From Klebsormidium nitens (taxonomy: Eukaryota > Plantae > Klebsormidiophyceae), in assembly GCA_000708835.1 (NCBI GenBank), contig DF237323.1:1-64000 (forward strand): a DNA stretch of 64,000 nucleotides. The letters are read 5' to 3'. The position numbers were made by a program, and so were the translations under genes. A model generated the notes under the pieces. The model saw nothing but the letters and a program-made list of their open reading frames with translations. It was not told the DNA's origin and did not search any database. Below are positions 1 through 11,600 of this stretch, one piece after another. Position 1 is the stretch's first letter. Every line of letters starts with the position of its first letter.

Positions 1-96
1 GCCTAGCTGCCAGATCAGAAAGATATGCGCCCCGCTAGAACAACTACGGCCTCAGATTCGACTCCCAATTTGAAATCTTCCTATCCTGGACTCGGA

Positions 97-321
97 GGTC
101 GCAGAGTCGCGGTGAAAGTCGCGGACGAAAGTCGCGTAAAGTCACGGAAAGTCGCGTAACGTCGCGCAGCATTGCAAGCATCTAAACACAAAACTTGCTT
201 GGAAACATGTTTCCCAAAGCTTAGTAAGGTTTTGATGAAAGTCGCGAAGATCGCGAAACAAAGTCGCGGAGCAGTCGCGTAAAGTCGCGAAGAATCGCAG
301 AAAGTCGCGCAACGTCGCGGG
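97..321. repeat. Two clusters of ~10-bp period (AAA)GTCGCG(N) repeats
   Basis: About 15 copies of [aa/ac]gtcgcg at ~10-12 bp spacing in two blocks (~97-168 and ~238-321) separated by an AT-richer spacer. Confidence 0.85.
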
Positions 322-974
322 CAACTCTGGCAACCTCCGGGTCCAGGATAGGCCTCCGAGGGGGCTCATCCAGGCAGGCGCAAGCTGGTACCGGTGCATG
401 ATGCTCGCGCAGGCTGTCGCAAGCAGCAGCAATCCCCTGACAATCATAATCAAATCAGCAATCTACTAGGAAGCTTTAGCGGCGCAGACAAGTTCAACCT
501 CGACTTGGAGAACCTTGCCGGTATCAGCGGCTTTCACTTGAAACCAGTGTGGGAAAAATGGTGTCCTTAAATACACATGGATGATGGACCACGATTCGGC
601 ACGATGTTTGTGCGGGCAACATTGCTGCTGCATTGCGGCATGTGCATGTTACCTACTCTTAAATACCAGCTAGCTGTAGCAGTGTGGGTAGAGAGCTCTG
701 CTCTGAGTCTGAGCTACGTACCTTGGTCATACCGTACTACCTTTATGATGGATCATGGTAGGCCAAGTACAGGAAGTACCTGACAAAGGAGCTGACCTGC
801 CCAATTCAAAAAGCAGACGGGGGAGTGCTATGTCGCTTCTTTACATGGGCAGCATTGTCCTCTCTATTTTAACTAGCTAGTTCCTCCAGATCATGCCTGT
901 TTCGGATCTTTCCTTCGGCAGGAAACTTCCAGCTCCCTGTTTCCTCCCATTTCAGTGCCAGCTCGTTCGCCGCC

Positions 975-3900
975 ATGGCTACCATTGCCGGACGCAGATC
1001 TCTCCATCCAACCCTCCTTCTGGGAGTGCAGCTTGTTTTCTTGGCTTTTTGGGTTGGCAATGCCGCCGCGCAGGGCCTCATTGTGGTGCCCAAGACGGTG
1101 ACACGCGAGCTGGGGGGCTATTACATCAGCAAACTAGGCCTGGCGGAGAACGGGCTCAACTACTACGCCATCCTCTCGCAGCGCAACGTGCAGACCAACG
1201 TGTACAACTACGTGAACGACATTGCGGATTCGGACACGCCTCGGACCGCCGCGGCCAAGATCTCAAATGTCCGGGGGCTGTACGAAACGCGCACGGTCGG
1301 GGGGAAGGTGAAGGTGGAGTCGTTCTTCCGACTGCTGCGTTGCGGGGACGACGGCTGCTTTGCTGTCAACCGGCTGATCGCGTCCGCGATAACGGACGCG
1401 ACCGGTACAACGCACGTGCTCTCGCACGTCAAGACGGCGATGGGGGCTTCCGGATGGCTGGTCAACGCGCCCCAAGCGGTTGTTAACACATTCTTGACGC
1501 AGCCAGAGGAGCAGCAGCTGCTATACGTGGACGGGATCTTCAAGACCAAGCTTTTTTACAAGGTGGCGACGCCGCCGCCTCCTTGCAGGTACTTATCCCT
1601 AACTTGAGCTCTGCTTCTTGCTATCACAATCTCAGACGTAAGTTACACCACATCTGAGAGCCATGTCATGGCCATTGTTTGAGCAGGATCTTTGAGGCCA
1701 TGTGAATGTGATGTACTTAGACGCTTCCGGCAGAGTAATGCAGGCAACCCCCTAATCCAGACCCCTTTCACACATTCTTTACATTGAGAAACCCCTCTGT
1801 GTACTCACGGTCCACGCTTCTGATTTGCCTCTGCTTATGTGATAAATAAACAGGCAGTCATGAGAGCACTCCCCTCGGTCGCTAAACAGATTAGACATAC
1901 CATTGTGTCCCAGATGCAGCTCCTGAATAGAGTATCAATCGCTTACGCCGGCCCCCTTTTCAAGCGAACCACCATTGGAGTGCCTCCTAACCCTTGCCCA
2001 CACCCCTCACCCTTAATCTTGTTACTGCTGCAACAGACGGCTCAGGTCTCGTTCAAGGTGGAGGCCTTGAGGGGGGAAGCAGTTAGAAGTGCTGCTCAAA
2101 CATTGTTCACATCTTGGGCAGTTGATGCAGACCGCGTTACCTTTTGCCATTGCTGCGTGCCAATTTCCTAACCCAGAGAAGCTGTCAAATATCGGGGTCT
2201 TCATTAATACTCCATATGCATATGTATTTTGAGTTCCTTGGGGTCTTGGTCTTTTGCATCTGCCCAACACCTGGCAAATGCTGTGTTTTTTGTCTACTTC
2301 CCTTCTTTCTAGTCCTTCTTTTGCAATTGTTTTATACCTTAGATGTCTAGCCTGGATGTGCATAGGGACGCTTGGTGACTTGTCAACTCTTTGCTTCAGC
2401 TCCCTACCATCACGTGTATCAACCAGTAGGTCGCATAACTCAATAAGATGAAAAGAAGCATATTTAGCCATCTGATCTACAAATCCAAATGCTACAGCTG
2501 GATTGATGTTTCAGACCTTCATGTTATCATACGCTCATCTTTTTAGAGTTCCCACACATGGTCTCTCACTTGTCTTTTCTTCAGCTCTCCCACCTCACAT
2601 CTTTCACCCATTAGGCCACACGTTTCACGAAGGTCAAGACAGCCAACTCACAAAAAGGGGCCTCAATTGACACTCTCTGAGATTGAAATGCTGAGAGAGG
2701 ACCGAAATCTTAGACCTCCATAGTGGAACATCAAGTACTTTCTTAATCTCGTCATTGACTCATGTAAGTCCTCTCCAATCTTCACAGAGGCTCCGCCCCC
2801 CAAACCCAGACGGGCTCCATTTCCGAGTTCCAAAAGCTGCCCGGCTTCGCGTGCATCAACGTCGGCGGGACGCCCATCTTCGTCGGCACGAGCGTCCCCA
2901 ACATGATCACCGTAATCAAGGCGGCCGCCGTGCCCTTCAGCCAGTGCGACGGGTCGCTGGGCATCCTCTACTCGCTCAGCGCCGAGGGCGGGCCGCGCAT
3001 TTTGCGCTGGATCCAAACCCCCGGGGAAGTCCCTCTCAATATCGTGATGGATCTGCCGCCCAGTGCCGGAATCTGCTCTCAACTCTACGATACCCCGGAT
3101 CTGACCATCCAAGCCGCGCAAAACATTCTCGCGTACAACGGGTTTATCGGCACGGTCAACTACACCCTCGCACCGCTCGCGTCGGTCTCCGAGCTCGGGT
3201 TCGCCGGTCGCTGCGCGCCGGTGTTCTTCGCGAGCGGGTACGGCGTGCAGCTCACGGGGCAGAACGAGGCGATCACGGACGGGAGCACGAACAAAACTCT
3301 CGTCGGCGCGTTTGCGCCGTACTCGGCCACCGGCGCGTGCGTTTCCATGATGGGCGTGAACCAGCCCAGCAGCGGCTCGATCAACTTCAACGAGGACGAG
3401 TGCGCAGCGATCTTCCTCGGGAACACGGCGCAGCAAACGGACGGCGTCGTGACGTATTTGGGGCTCGACCCGGACGATCAGCCGACGGCGGCGGACCGTG
3501 CGTCGTTGTTGCAGCAGTGCGCGGACCCGACGAACATACGGTACAAGTTTGACATCCAAGTGGTGTTGCCCCAGATGGCGGCGGACTTTGAGACGGACAA
3601 GAACTTCCTCGTTTCATCGACAGAGGTGAGCCTTGGATTCAGAATTTTGAAGAGTCTAGGGTTCCCTTCTGTCAATATCTGTTTTAGGGACCTGTCACGG
3701 GTCTGGTGCTTCTGATCCAAATTGCGGTAGACTTTGAGACGGACAACAACTTCTTCGTGTCGTCAACAGAGGTGAGCCTCCATTTTGTACTCCGAAGATT
3801 CAGGGACTTCGAATTCGCACGATTGAACTAGGAGGTTAAGGGACTTCAGGATCCGTTGACGGTGTTGATCAAGGCTGCGGCAAACTGCGGAGACGGACAA

Positions 3901-6900
3901 CTTCTTCCTCATGTCGTCAACGGAGGTGCCCCCCTTGGAAGAGACAAGGGTTCAGAGTTGCTTCTGCTTAGGACCTCAGGAGTCTGGTGGTGTTAACCTA
4001 AAGTGCGGCGGACTTTGATACTGACAAGAACTGCAGTATCACCCACTCTATTCTAGTCATAGAAGCGTAAAACCCGCAGGTTCTTTGAAAGGAACCAAGT
4101 TGCCCCCTACGTGTTGGCCGTCGAAGAAGCGCTTGCAAGAACTGCAAGGATGGTGGTCCGCTCGATTGATATCCCCGCCAAGTCGTACTTGTTCTTAAAC
4201 CAGAGGTCAAGGAAAGTACAACCTTCGCCTCTTGTTTCCAGGTCAAACTCAACTTGGACGGCGTCGCCGAAACCGCCGCTTACGGTTTTGGCCGTTGAAT
4301 TCGTTCTCTCAATCAGCGGCTCGTCGTTACTCAGACTGTGTTGTCCTGGCGTCTCTACTCCCTGCTTCAAGTCGTTCTCTCATCCACGCTCGAAAAGCAG
4401 ATTCCCTTTTACCTTTTTCAGCTTAAGCTCCACTTAGACGGCGTCGCCGCAACGGCCGCTTCCGTTCTGGCCGTCGAGGTGGCGCTCGCGAAGAGCGGAA
4501 TCGTGATCGCGCGCTCGGGGCTCTACCGGCGCCGGCGCATCCCGAACCAAGTTCGCGTGCGGGCTTGCGCTCGTCGTTATTGACCGAACCCGAACGTAGT
4601 TAACGTTAACCCCGCAGGTTAAGCTCCACTTGGACGGCGTAGCCGCGAATGCCGCTTCCGTTCTGGCCGTCGAGGTGGCCCTCGCGACGAGCGGAATCGT
4701 GGTCGCGCGAATGATCGCGCGCTCGGGGCTCTACCGCCGGCGGCGCATCCCGAGCAACTTTGCGCGCGCGCTCGCGCTCATTGTGACGGCGGTGGTCGTG
4801 ACGCTGTTTAACATCCCCAACTTTGCGCTCATCAGCAAGTCGCTGAGCAACAAGAGCACGGTTACGACGTATACGCAGGTGGGTCGGGTTTGGGGCGTTC
4901 TGGAGGAGCTGCATCAACGAGATTAAAGCCATTTTAGTTAGAGGTAGCTTCACAGATATGATTGTATTGACTATCCGCTGCAGTTTATTGGCCAGCTGCT
5001 ATAAGAGGTTTTTACATAGCCTACAGTACAGGGGTATTTGGAGACCTGTGGAAGAGCCTAGGAGCGGATTATCCTGTGAAGGCAGCCCGATGTGCGCGGG
5101 TTTTGCCTGGGAGCTTCTCTTGCAATCAGTGCTCCCTCTCCAGCCACGTCTTGGCGGGTTAGGTATGCAGGCTTCTGAGTTGCCTCGCAAGACGTTCTCA
5201 GGAATTTTCCTCTTGCGGTCCTCGTCAGCGCTGCGAATGCATCCATCAAAAGCGGCGGAAGCCAGACACGATTTCACGAGATTCTCCTGGTGAGAAACTT
5301 CGTAACCTGACTAACGGAAAAGGACGGGCTCCTCTTGCTGCATGCGAGCGTGCGCCAGCTCCGCCCGACCATTTCTCTGTGGTGAACCAGCGTGCGCCCA
5401 CCTGGTTAACAGCTGTAACCCGCCAATTTCTTTGGATTAACGACCCGGTTTCGCTAATAACCTGATTTCCTCCCAAGCGCAGGCGAGCGTGCGAGAGAAT
5501 CGCCCGACCAACTTTTCAGCGAGCACTCGAGTAACAGCTTTAACCCGCCATTTTCCCTGGGTTAACGACCCGCTTTCGTTGATAACCGCATACTTCTCTC
5601 GCTGCAGGCGAGCATACGCGAGTACCGCCCGACCAACTTTTCCGCGGTCATCCGCGCGGAGACGCACTCGTTCGTGGAGGTGACGGGATCGTCCGCGACC
5701 GCCATTATCGGGCTGCTGCTCTACGGCGCCACCATGGTTTGCTGCCTCTACCTCACATGGTCCGAGTTCACCGAAATCATCCAGCGCAGGTGCGTTCCAT
5801 TGGAAGCGAATGTTTTCATATCAAGGAGTCTTGGGGTAGGGTTTCAGGCTTCAAGGGTCGTAGACTCTAGATTTTCAGGACTTTGAAAGTTGCCTCCTTT
5901 TGTCAGCCTCTGTCCAAATCAGGTGTTGCAATCGTCTGTCTCGACCTTACATAGTCCGAGCTCACTGAGATCGTTCAGAGCAGTGCGCTTCAGTGGGAAC
6001 GGTTTAGGCACTGAGAAGTGGGTTCAAGGTTTAAGGTTTGCCGGGCTTTGGAGTTTCTGGTCACCTAAACTTCCGTGCTGCTCTACGGGGCGACGCTCGT
6101 TTGCTGCCTCTACCTCACGTGGTCAATCTTCACCGAAATCATCCAGCGCAGGTGCGCCACGTGGAAACAATATGTTTCTCATGTTGAAATTGGGGATAGG
6201 ATCTAAGATTCTAAGGTACTGAGAGCTTAGTTTTTTGCTTCCATATCCCGTGTGCTTGACAGTGTTCTTCTGGTTATGAGGACGGTCTACCAATCGTATG
6301 TCTCTACCTCACATAGTCCGAGTTCACCGGAACCATTCAACGCAGGTGTGAAGAAATCTTGAAGTGCAGGGATGTGTTCAGGGTTTGCGGTTCGCCGGGT
6401 TTACACTTTCTCGTCACCTTAATTCCTGAACGGCCTGCTGCCTTACGGCGCCATGCTCGTTTGCTGCCTCTACCTTACCTGGTCCTAGTTCAGCGAGATC
6501 AATTAGAACAATTTGCTCGTCCAGTGGCGCGGCGGACAGTCCAGCATACGTTCAGCTTTCTTCTCCATTGCCTCGCCTGCTCGAAAACCGCCTACGAACA
6601 TTTGCCACGTGTCCTTTTGCAGGATCGCCGCTGAGAGCCGTCTTGGCCAGGATGCTCTCATCGCGGACAAAGATCTTCTCGTCCAGTGGCGCGGAACGGA
6701 CAGTCTGGTTTACGACACTCTCCATCCCAAGAAAGTCGTCGAGTCGGCGCAAGCGCAGGAACTCGAGATCATGCGCCGCAACCTAGGCATGGGGCCCCCT
6801 TCTTCCGGGGGGGTCGCCGCGAGCTCGCCGCGGACCCCCCTGGTGCAGCGGCCCGGCGCGGGGGGGTCGAGGGACCTGTACCCGGACGCTTCAAAGGGCA

Positions 6901-6926
6901 CCCCGGATCTGTATCCGGATGTGTAA
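975..6926 (+). CDS. Signal-peptide, large ectodomain, ~3-TM membrane protein of unknown function (732 aa, 5 exons)
   Basis: join(975..1588,2788..3625,4618..4878,5608..5789,6623..6926). All introns are GT-AG and phases match (2,0,0,2). Hydrophobic N-terminus ending AAAQ; hydrophobic segments VLAVEVALATSGIVV, ALALIVTAVVVTLFNI and AIIGLLLYGATMVCCLYL; GC-rich codons. Confidence 0.8.
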
Positions 6927-8659
6927 CCGGACCGAGAATGGTTCATAACCGGACACGTACCTGGGGGGGGCGGAGATTGGAAAGAGGGGTGGAGTATGTG
7001 ATTGGGGAGCCGTTGAGTTTCTGAAGCGAAGTTTGGGGTGTTGATTTATTCCACCAAGGGGAAACGGAAGGCCCCCGGACAACAAAGGCCCCGGTATTCA
7101 TGAAGGTGACAATTGGGAGGAGGGGCCGGAGTCGGCTTTGAGGACAGCGATTCGGGATGGAGAAAGGAGGAATGAGCGGTTTTGAGAAAATATTGGTCAA
7201 AAGACTGGGAAATGGGGGAGAGGGTTTGCAATGGGGGAGAAGGTGCGAAGTCGTTTGCGAGATCGGAAAGCAATGGCACCTCGACCTGGGGAAAGAGTGG
7301 GTTTGGAGCGACGGGAAATCGAGTGCAAGAGAGTAAACTTCATTGAACGAGAGGTGTTGGATTGGGTGAAGCAAATCACAGAGCTGCGGCGAAGTGTTTT
7401 TGTCGAGATTGGACGTCGGGTTACCATTGCAAATTCAGAGCACACCCTTTCAACGATTCTGCGGCTTACAAAAGGAATGGTTATCCGTGGCGACGGCGTC
7501 TTTGTGTTGTTCCCGTTTTCGACCATCTTTGAAACGCTAGTCTCGTCTTATTTCTGGTTTAGAAATTAGCCAGCTGGGCTCGCTTTGCGGGAAGCTGAGA
7601 AGAGGATCAGAGCAAGTTTTGATCAAACAATCATAGAATTATGTATAGGTTCGGCAACACGTAAATTAAGCTCTGCTTGCTCCCTTCATGCTTGCGGAAG
7701 GCCCGAGCATTAGACTGACCGTCGGCACCGAGACGTCAAATTCGAGAGAAGACAATTAAACCGTTTGGCATCGCTTACTTTGACGTTAAGCGCGCAGACT
7801 TTGTCTGGACCGCGTTTAGAAGCATTAGATCAGGACCATGCAGGACCAGGATTGAAAGCCGCGCAGTCTAAGGTCAAAAGGTTGCGCTGAACAGTGCATG
7901 GTCTCTTTGTCAAGAATGCAACTTGCATGCAAATTATGACTTTGCTGTTAGCACGAGTCCCGGCCTCATGGCGCGCGAATACCATGCAAGAAGTAGCGTA
8001 TACATCAAGTTACATGCAAGAATGACGCAATCCTACGGGCGGCCAGGTACGTATGTCGCACGCTTATACAACCGGCCCAATCGATGTTTGAGCTGGCAAC
8101 TTTTGACCAATCGCATGTGCACCGCGACGTATAGTATGTGGACTTGGAACGTTTCCGAGTTCAATCTCCTTTTTCTAGCCACGTGTATACGGCGGCAGGC
8201 GATTGCTCTATTTCGGGCGCAACAATCGCACCGCAGCCCGGCCGTGCTAGTCGATAGGACGATCATTCCGTTCATAAATCGTCCCGCCGATTGAACGCAG
8301 CGCTCGGGGGCGACGATATATAATTTAGGCAAAGGTCCTCGAAGGATTGGCAACTTCTATTTGGCATGCCAGGCAACAAAGATCAAAGAGTAATGGCATG
8401 GCTGGGCGCGCTTCTAATGCAGCGAACACTGAATGCACCTGTTGCTTGATAATAAGTACCACTAGCTTAGCGACTTGTGATGGCGAGCGCTCGCCTTCCA
8501 AAATCTCGTAATCGCTGCCGGCAGATCGTCACTACCACCACAATGATGGGCCACTTTGTGACCAATTTGAACACATGATAGTCTGGCTGGCTCATCAGCC
8601 GCTGCGGACGAGCGTGCAACTAATGTTCGATCGCTGGCCTATGTTTCACCAGCCAAGCC

Positions 8660-11600
8660 TTAGTCGGCTAAAGCTGGGGGCGTGCTGGCGATAACGTTCC
8701 CTAGGGTCTCAATCAGCTTGGTGCTATTGAACACGATGCTCCCGTTGTCCGCAACCTCCGAAGGTACCGTCACCTGCAATGGAATGTCAAGAGTAAGTAT
8801 TGATCTAGAGTGCGTCCGAAACAACCAATCGGACTTGTTTTATGAGGAAAGCTAGGGACGACGTTATGGGCAGAAGACATTGATCTTACGAGATTGAAAC
8901 AAAATGAGGAGCAGCCCTGGCTCATCTATCGTTAGCGATGTGCAAAGCAATCGCTTGCCTGCATACTTTTAACGGCACGTTTGAACCTGTCCAAGTATCT
9001 ACCAGCAAGTATGTGACCAGATAGAAAATCAAGTTGAATAGGACACCCTGAATCGAACTCCGGGGCACAGCGGGTCGTATACTTACCACTCGTGTGATCC
9101 CAATTGAGTGCAGATTTTCGATGTCGACTGGTATCTGGCCCCCTTCCGGTACAAGAAACACGGTGACGTACGTCGGAGGCTGCAAAAAGAAAACCCGAAG
9201 TTCATCGTCAGCAGAACTGTATTGCAATGTCCTTGATTGCTTTGGCGATTACAGGGCATATATCGAAGTTCGGAGGCGATGGACTATGCTCTTTTGTCTC
9301 TCAATTTCTAGATGAGTTCCCTGACCTTGGAAAGACGTAGTTTTCCCCAAAGGTATGATTTCGCATACTAGAGTGGCGCTTTCTGTCTCCCCAGGTGGAG
9401 CAAAGAGCAACTCTCTTCCGATGCTTCAGAACCATTTGCGGTTCTCTTCCGATCGTAAGAAACTTCCAAGAGCAGAATGCTAAGTGGTCTTTATCCACGT
9501 CTGGCGAGATGCAGTCAGGACAGAGTATCACTGCGCAAATGACGATACGAAGCATCATCTACAGAACGTCACACCACGCCTAGATCCATTCCATTGACAC
9601 AAACGCCTGAATAGGGGGTAACGTTTGACGCATCTGCTTCGGGAGTCGATCCAACGCCTTATTTCTCCTGGACTCGGTGGAACAACACGGTGGAAAGGTG
9701 CAGGTTTGAGAAAGAGTAACGTACAAGGTAGTACAGTCGTGACGCTCGGTCTTCTCCATGTGTCCGGTTCAACGCGTTGCAGACCGCCAGGACGAAGTCG
9801 GACGCGGCCATGCCGGCGGTCTCCCGGTCGTGCGTGCCGTTCAGTAGAAACACCTGTAGAAACCACGCGGGTTAAGTCAGACCTAACCAAGCTTCGTGGA
9901 TTTCTGACTTGCCTCCACACCCAAACCAAACCCTTTCAATCTGCACAAACCCTTGCGCCACTTTATTCACCAGGCTTTTCTTTATCTCAAACTTGCCTGC
10001 ACACACAGAGCTAGCCTTCTTCAGATATTACCCCTTTCCGAAGTGCTCCATTACGTGAAAGATGCTCTTGATGACGTGCTGCGGTTTGTGAAGTACTCAA
10101 GATTGGGCGGTTTAGGCGCAGTTTCCACCAATTAGACTTGCCGCGCTCAGATTGCCAATTCGCATTTGACGACCCACTTTTCCGGTCAGTCGCAAAAGCA
10201 GTTGCGCTCGATTTCGCCGCAAGAACATAATTCTTGGAGCCAGGGAATAAGCTGAAAGGACTTACCTTTGGACAGTCTTTTGCAGCGATAGCCTCCCCTA
10301 CGCCACGTAGAATCTGCACGGCAGTAAGCACGCCAGGTTTATGAAACAGGGATGCATCTTGCAGACCTCTCAGTTAGACATGGGTAGAAACACCGTCCGG
10401 ATTGCAGGCGACCCCCCAGCCGCTGGACGAATGCAGGGGCCACAAGCGCCCTGCTTGAGGGCGTGCAATATGCTCCGCGCCGTCGGATCGGTAATTCTGC
10501 TGAACGGACGGTCGCGGTTTGCCCTTGAAGATTCCCCGAGGCACACATCGGCCTCGGTTGATGGCAGATGTAGTTTAGATGTTTAATCACACATGGTCAG
10601 CCTCAAGGTGGCTGGTAAACCCACCATATCCAGACCTCCAGAACAGGTAGTTCGCACGTCTGCCCGGAACCAAAAAGGCAGGTATTCTCAAGTTAGCCCT
10701 CTAAGCAATAAACTTGACCACACTTGGGTTCCGGGCAGACGTGCGAACTACCTCTCGGACCATAGAACCGGTTGCAGGTTGATTTAGCCTAGCCGCTTGT
10801 GGAAGGGGAAGCAATGTAGGCCCGAAGAGCTGGGCAAAGGGGAACACAACATAAGCGCCCAGCCAGGGTCCAACTTACCGCAGCCTGAGGATGCTGGAGA
10901 GCTCTCTGCTATCGGCCAGATGGTATCGAAAGTCCAAAACGAAAATCGCTTCGAGATGCAATTGGCACCTTAGAGGCTTCAGTCCCCTTGCAACCGAAAC
11001 AATCCGCAAATTGAACAAGTACGACGTGTACGATTGTGGCTGCTCAGATTGGAGTTGACAATCCGAAACTCTTCATGACTTTGCTGGAAGAGGACTGCTG
11101 CGCGCACGGTCTCACCAGCGAGGGGCAGATGCTCGTGTACAGCGACCCCATGCCGTAGATGATTGCGTCGACCTGGTCTAGGTTCTTAACCACGTTTGGG
11201 TTAACCTTCGGGAACACCTGGAGGTGGAGAAAATCCGTGTCAGAGTTGCACATATCTGCTCTAGGTCTTTAAGTACGTTTGAAGTATCTTTCGTGAACAC
11301 CTTGAGTCAGAGATGCACATTTAAACCGCCATGCCATTCATCAAGCACGGAAGGACCTGCAAAAGTACCGACCAGGTTTCAGATGTCAGGTTCTCGCGTT
11401 CCGAATTGTGATCTTCGCGGCAGTACTTCACTTCTGGTGCAAAAGCTCGTCTGTAAACTTTACTATAAGAACCTGCTCCCAGATTAAACCTACCAAGTAG
11501 CACATTGCGGCACGGAGTGGATGCGAAAACGCCTTCCTTCCTAGACTCGTGTGATAAGCAGACACTGATTCGGGGTGCCCTCTGACCCGTCCACGGGTCT

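Noticed and set aside
142-453. 103-aa minus-strand ORF with LRDF repeats
   Set aside because: It is the translation of the GTCGCG repeat array.
2663-3559. 298-aa minus-strand and 265-aa alternative-frame ORFs over gene 1 exon 2
   Set aside because: Shadow ORFs of a GC-rich coding exon.
6943-7569. Overlapping ORFs downstream of gene 1
   Set aside because: Purine-skewed low-complexity sequence, no motifs or splice-consistent continuation.
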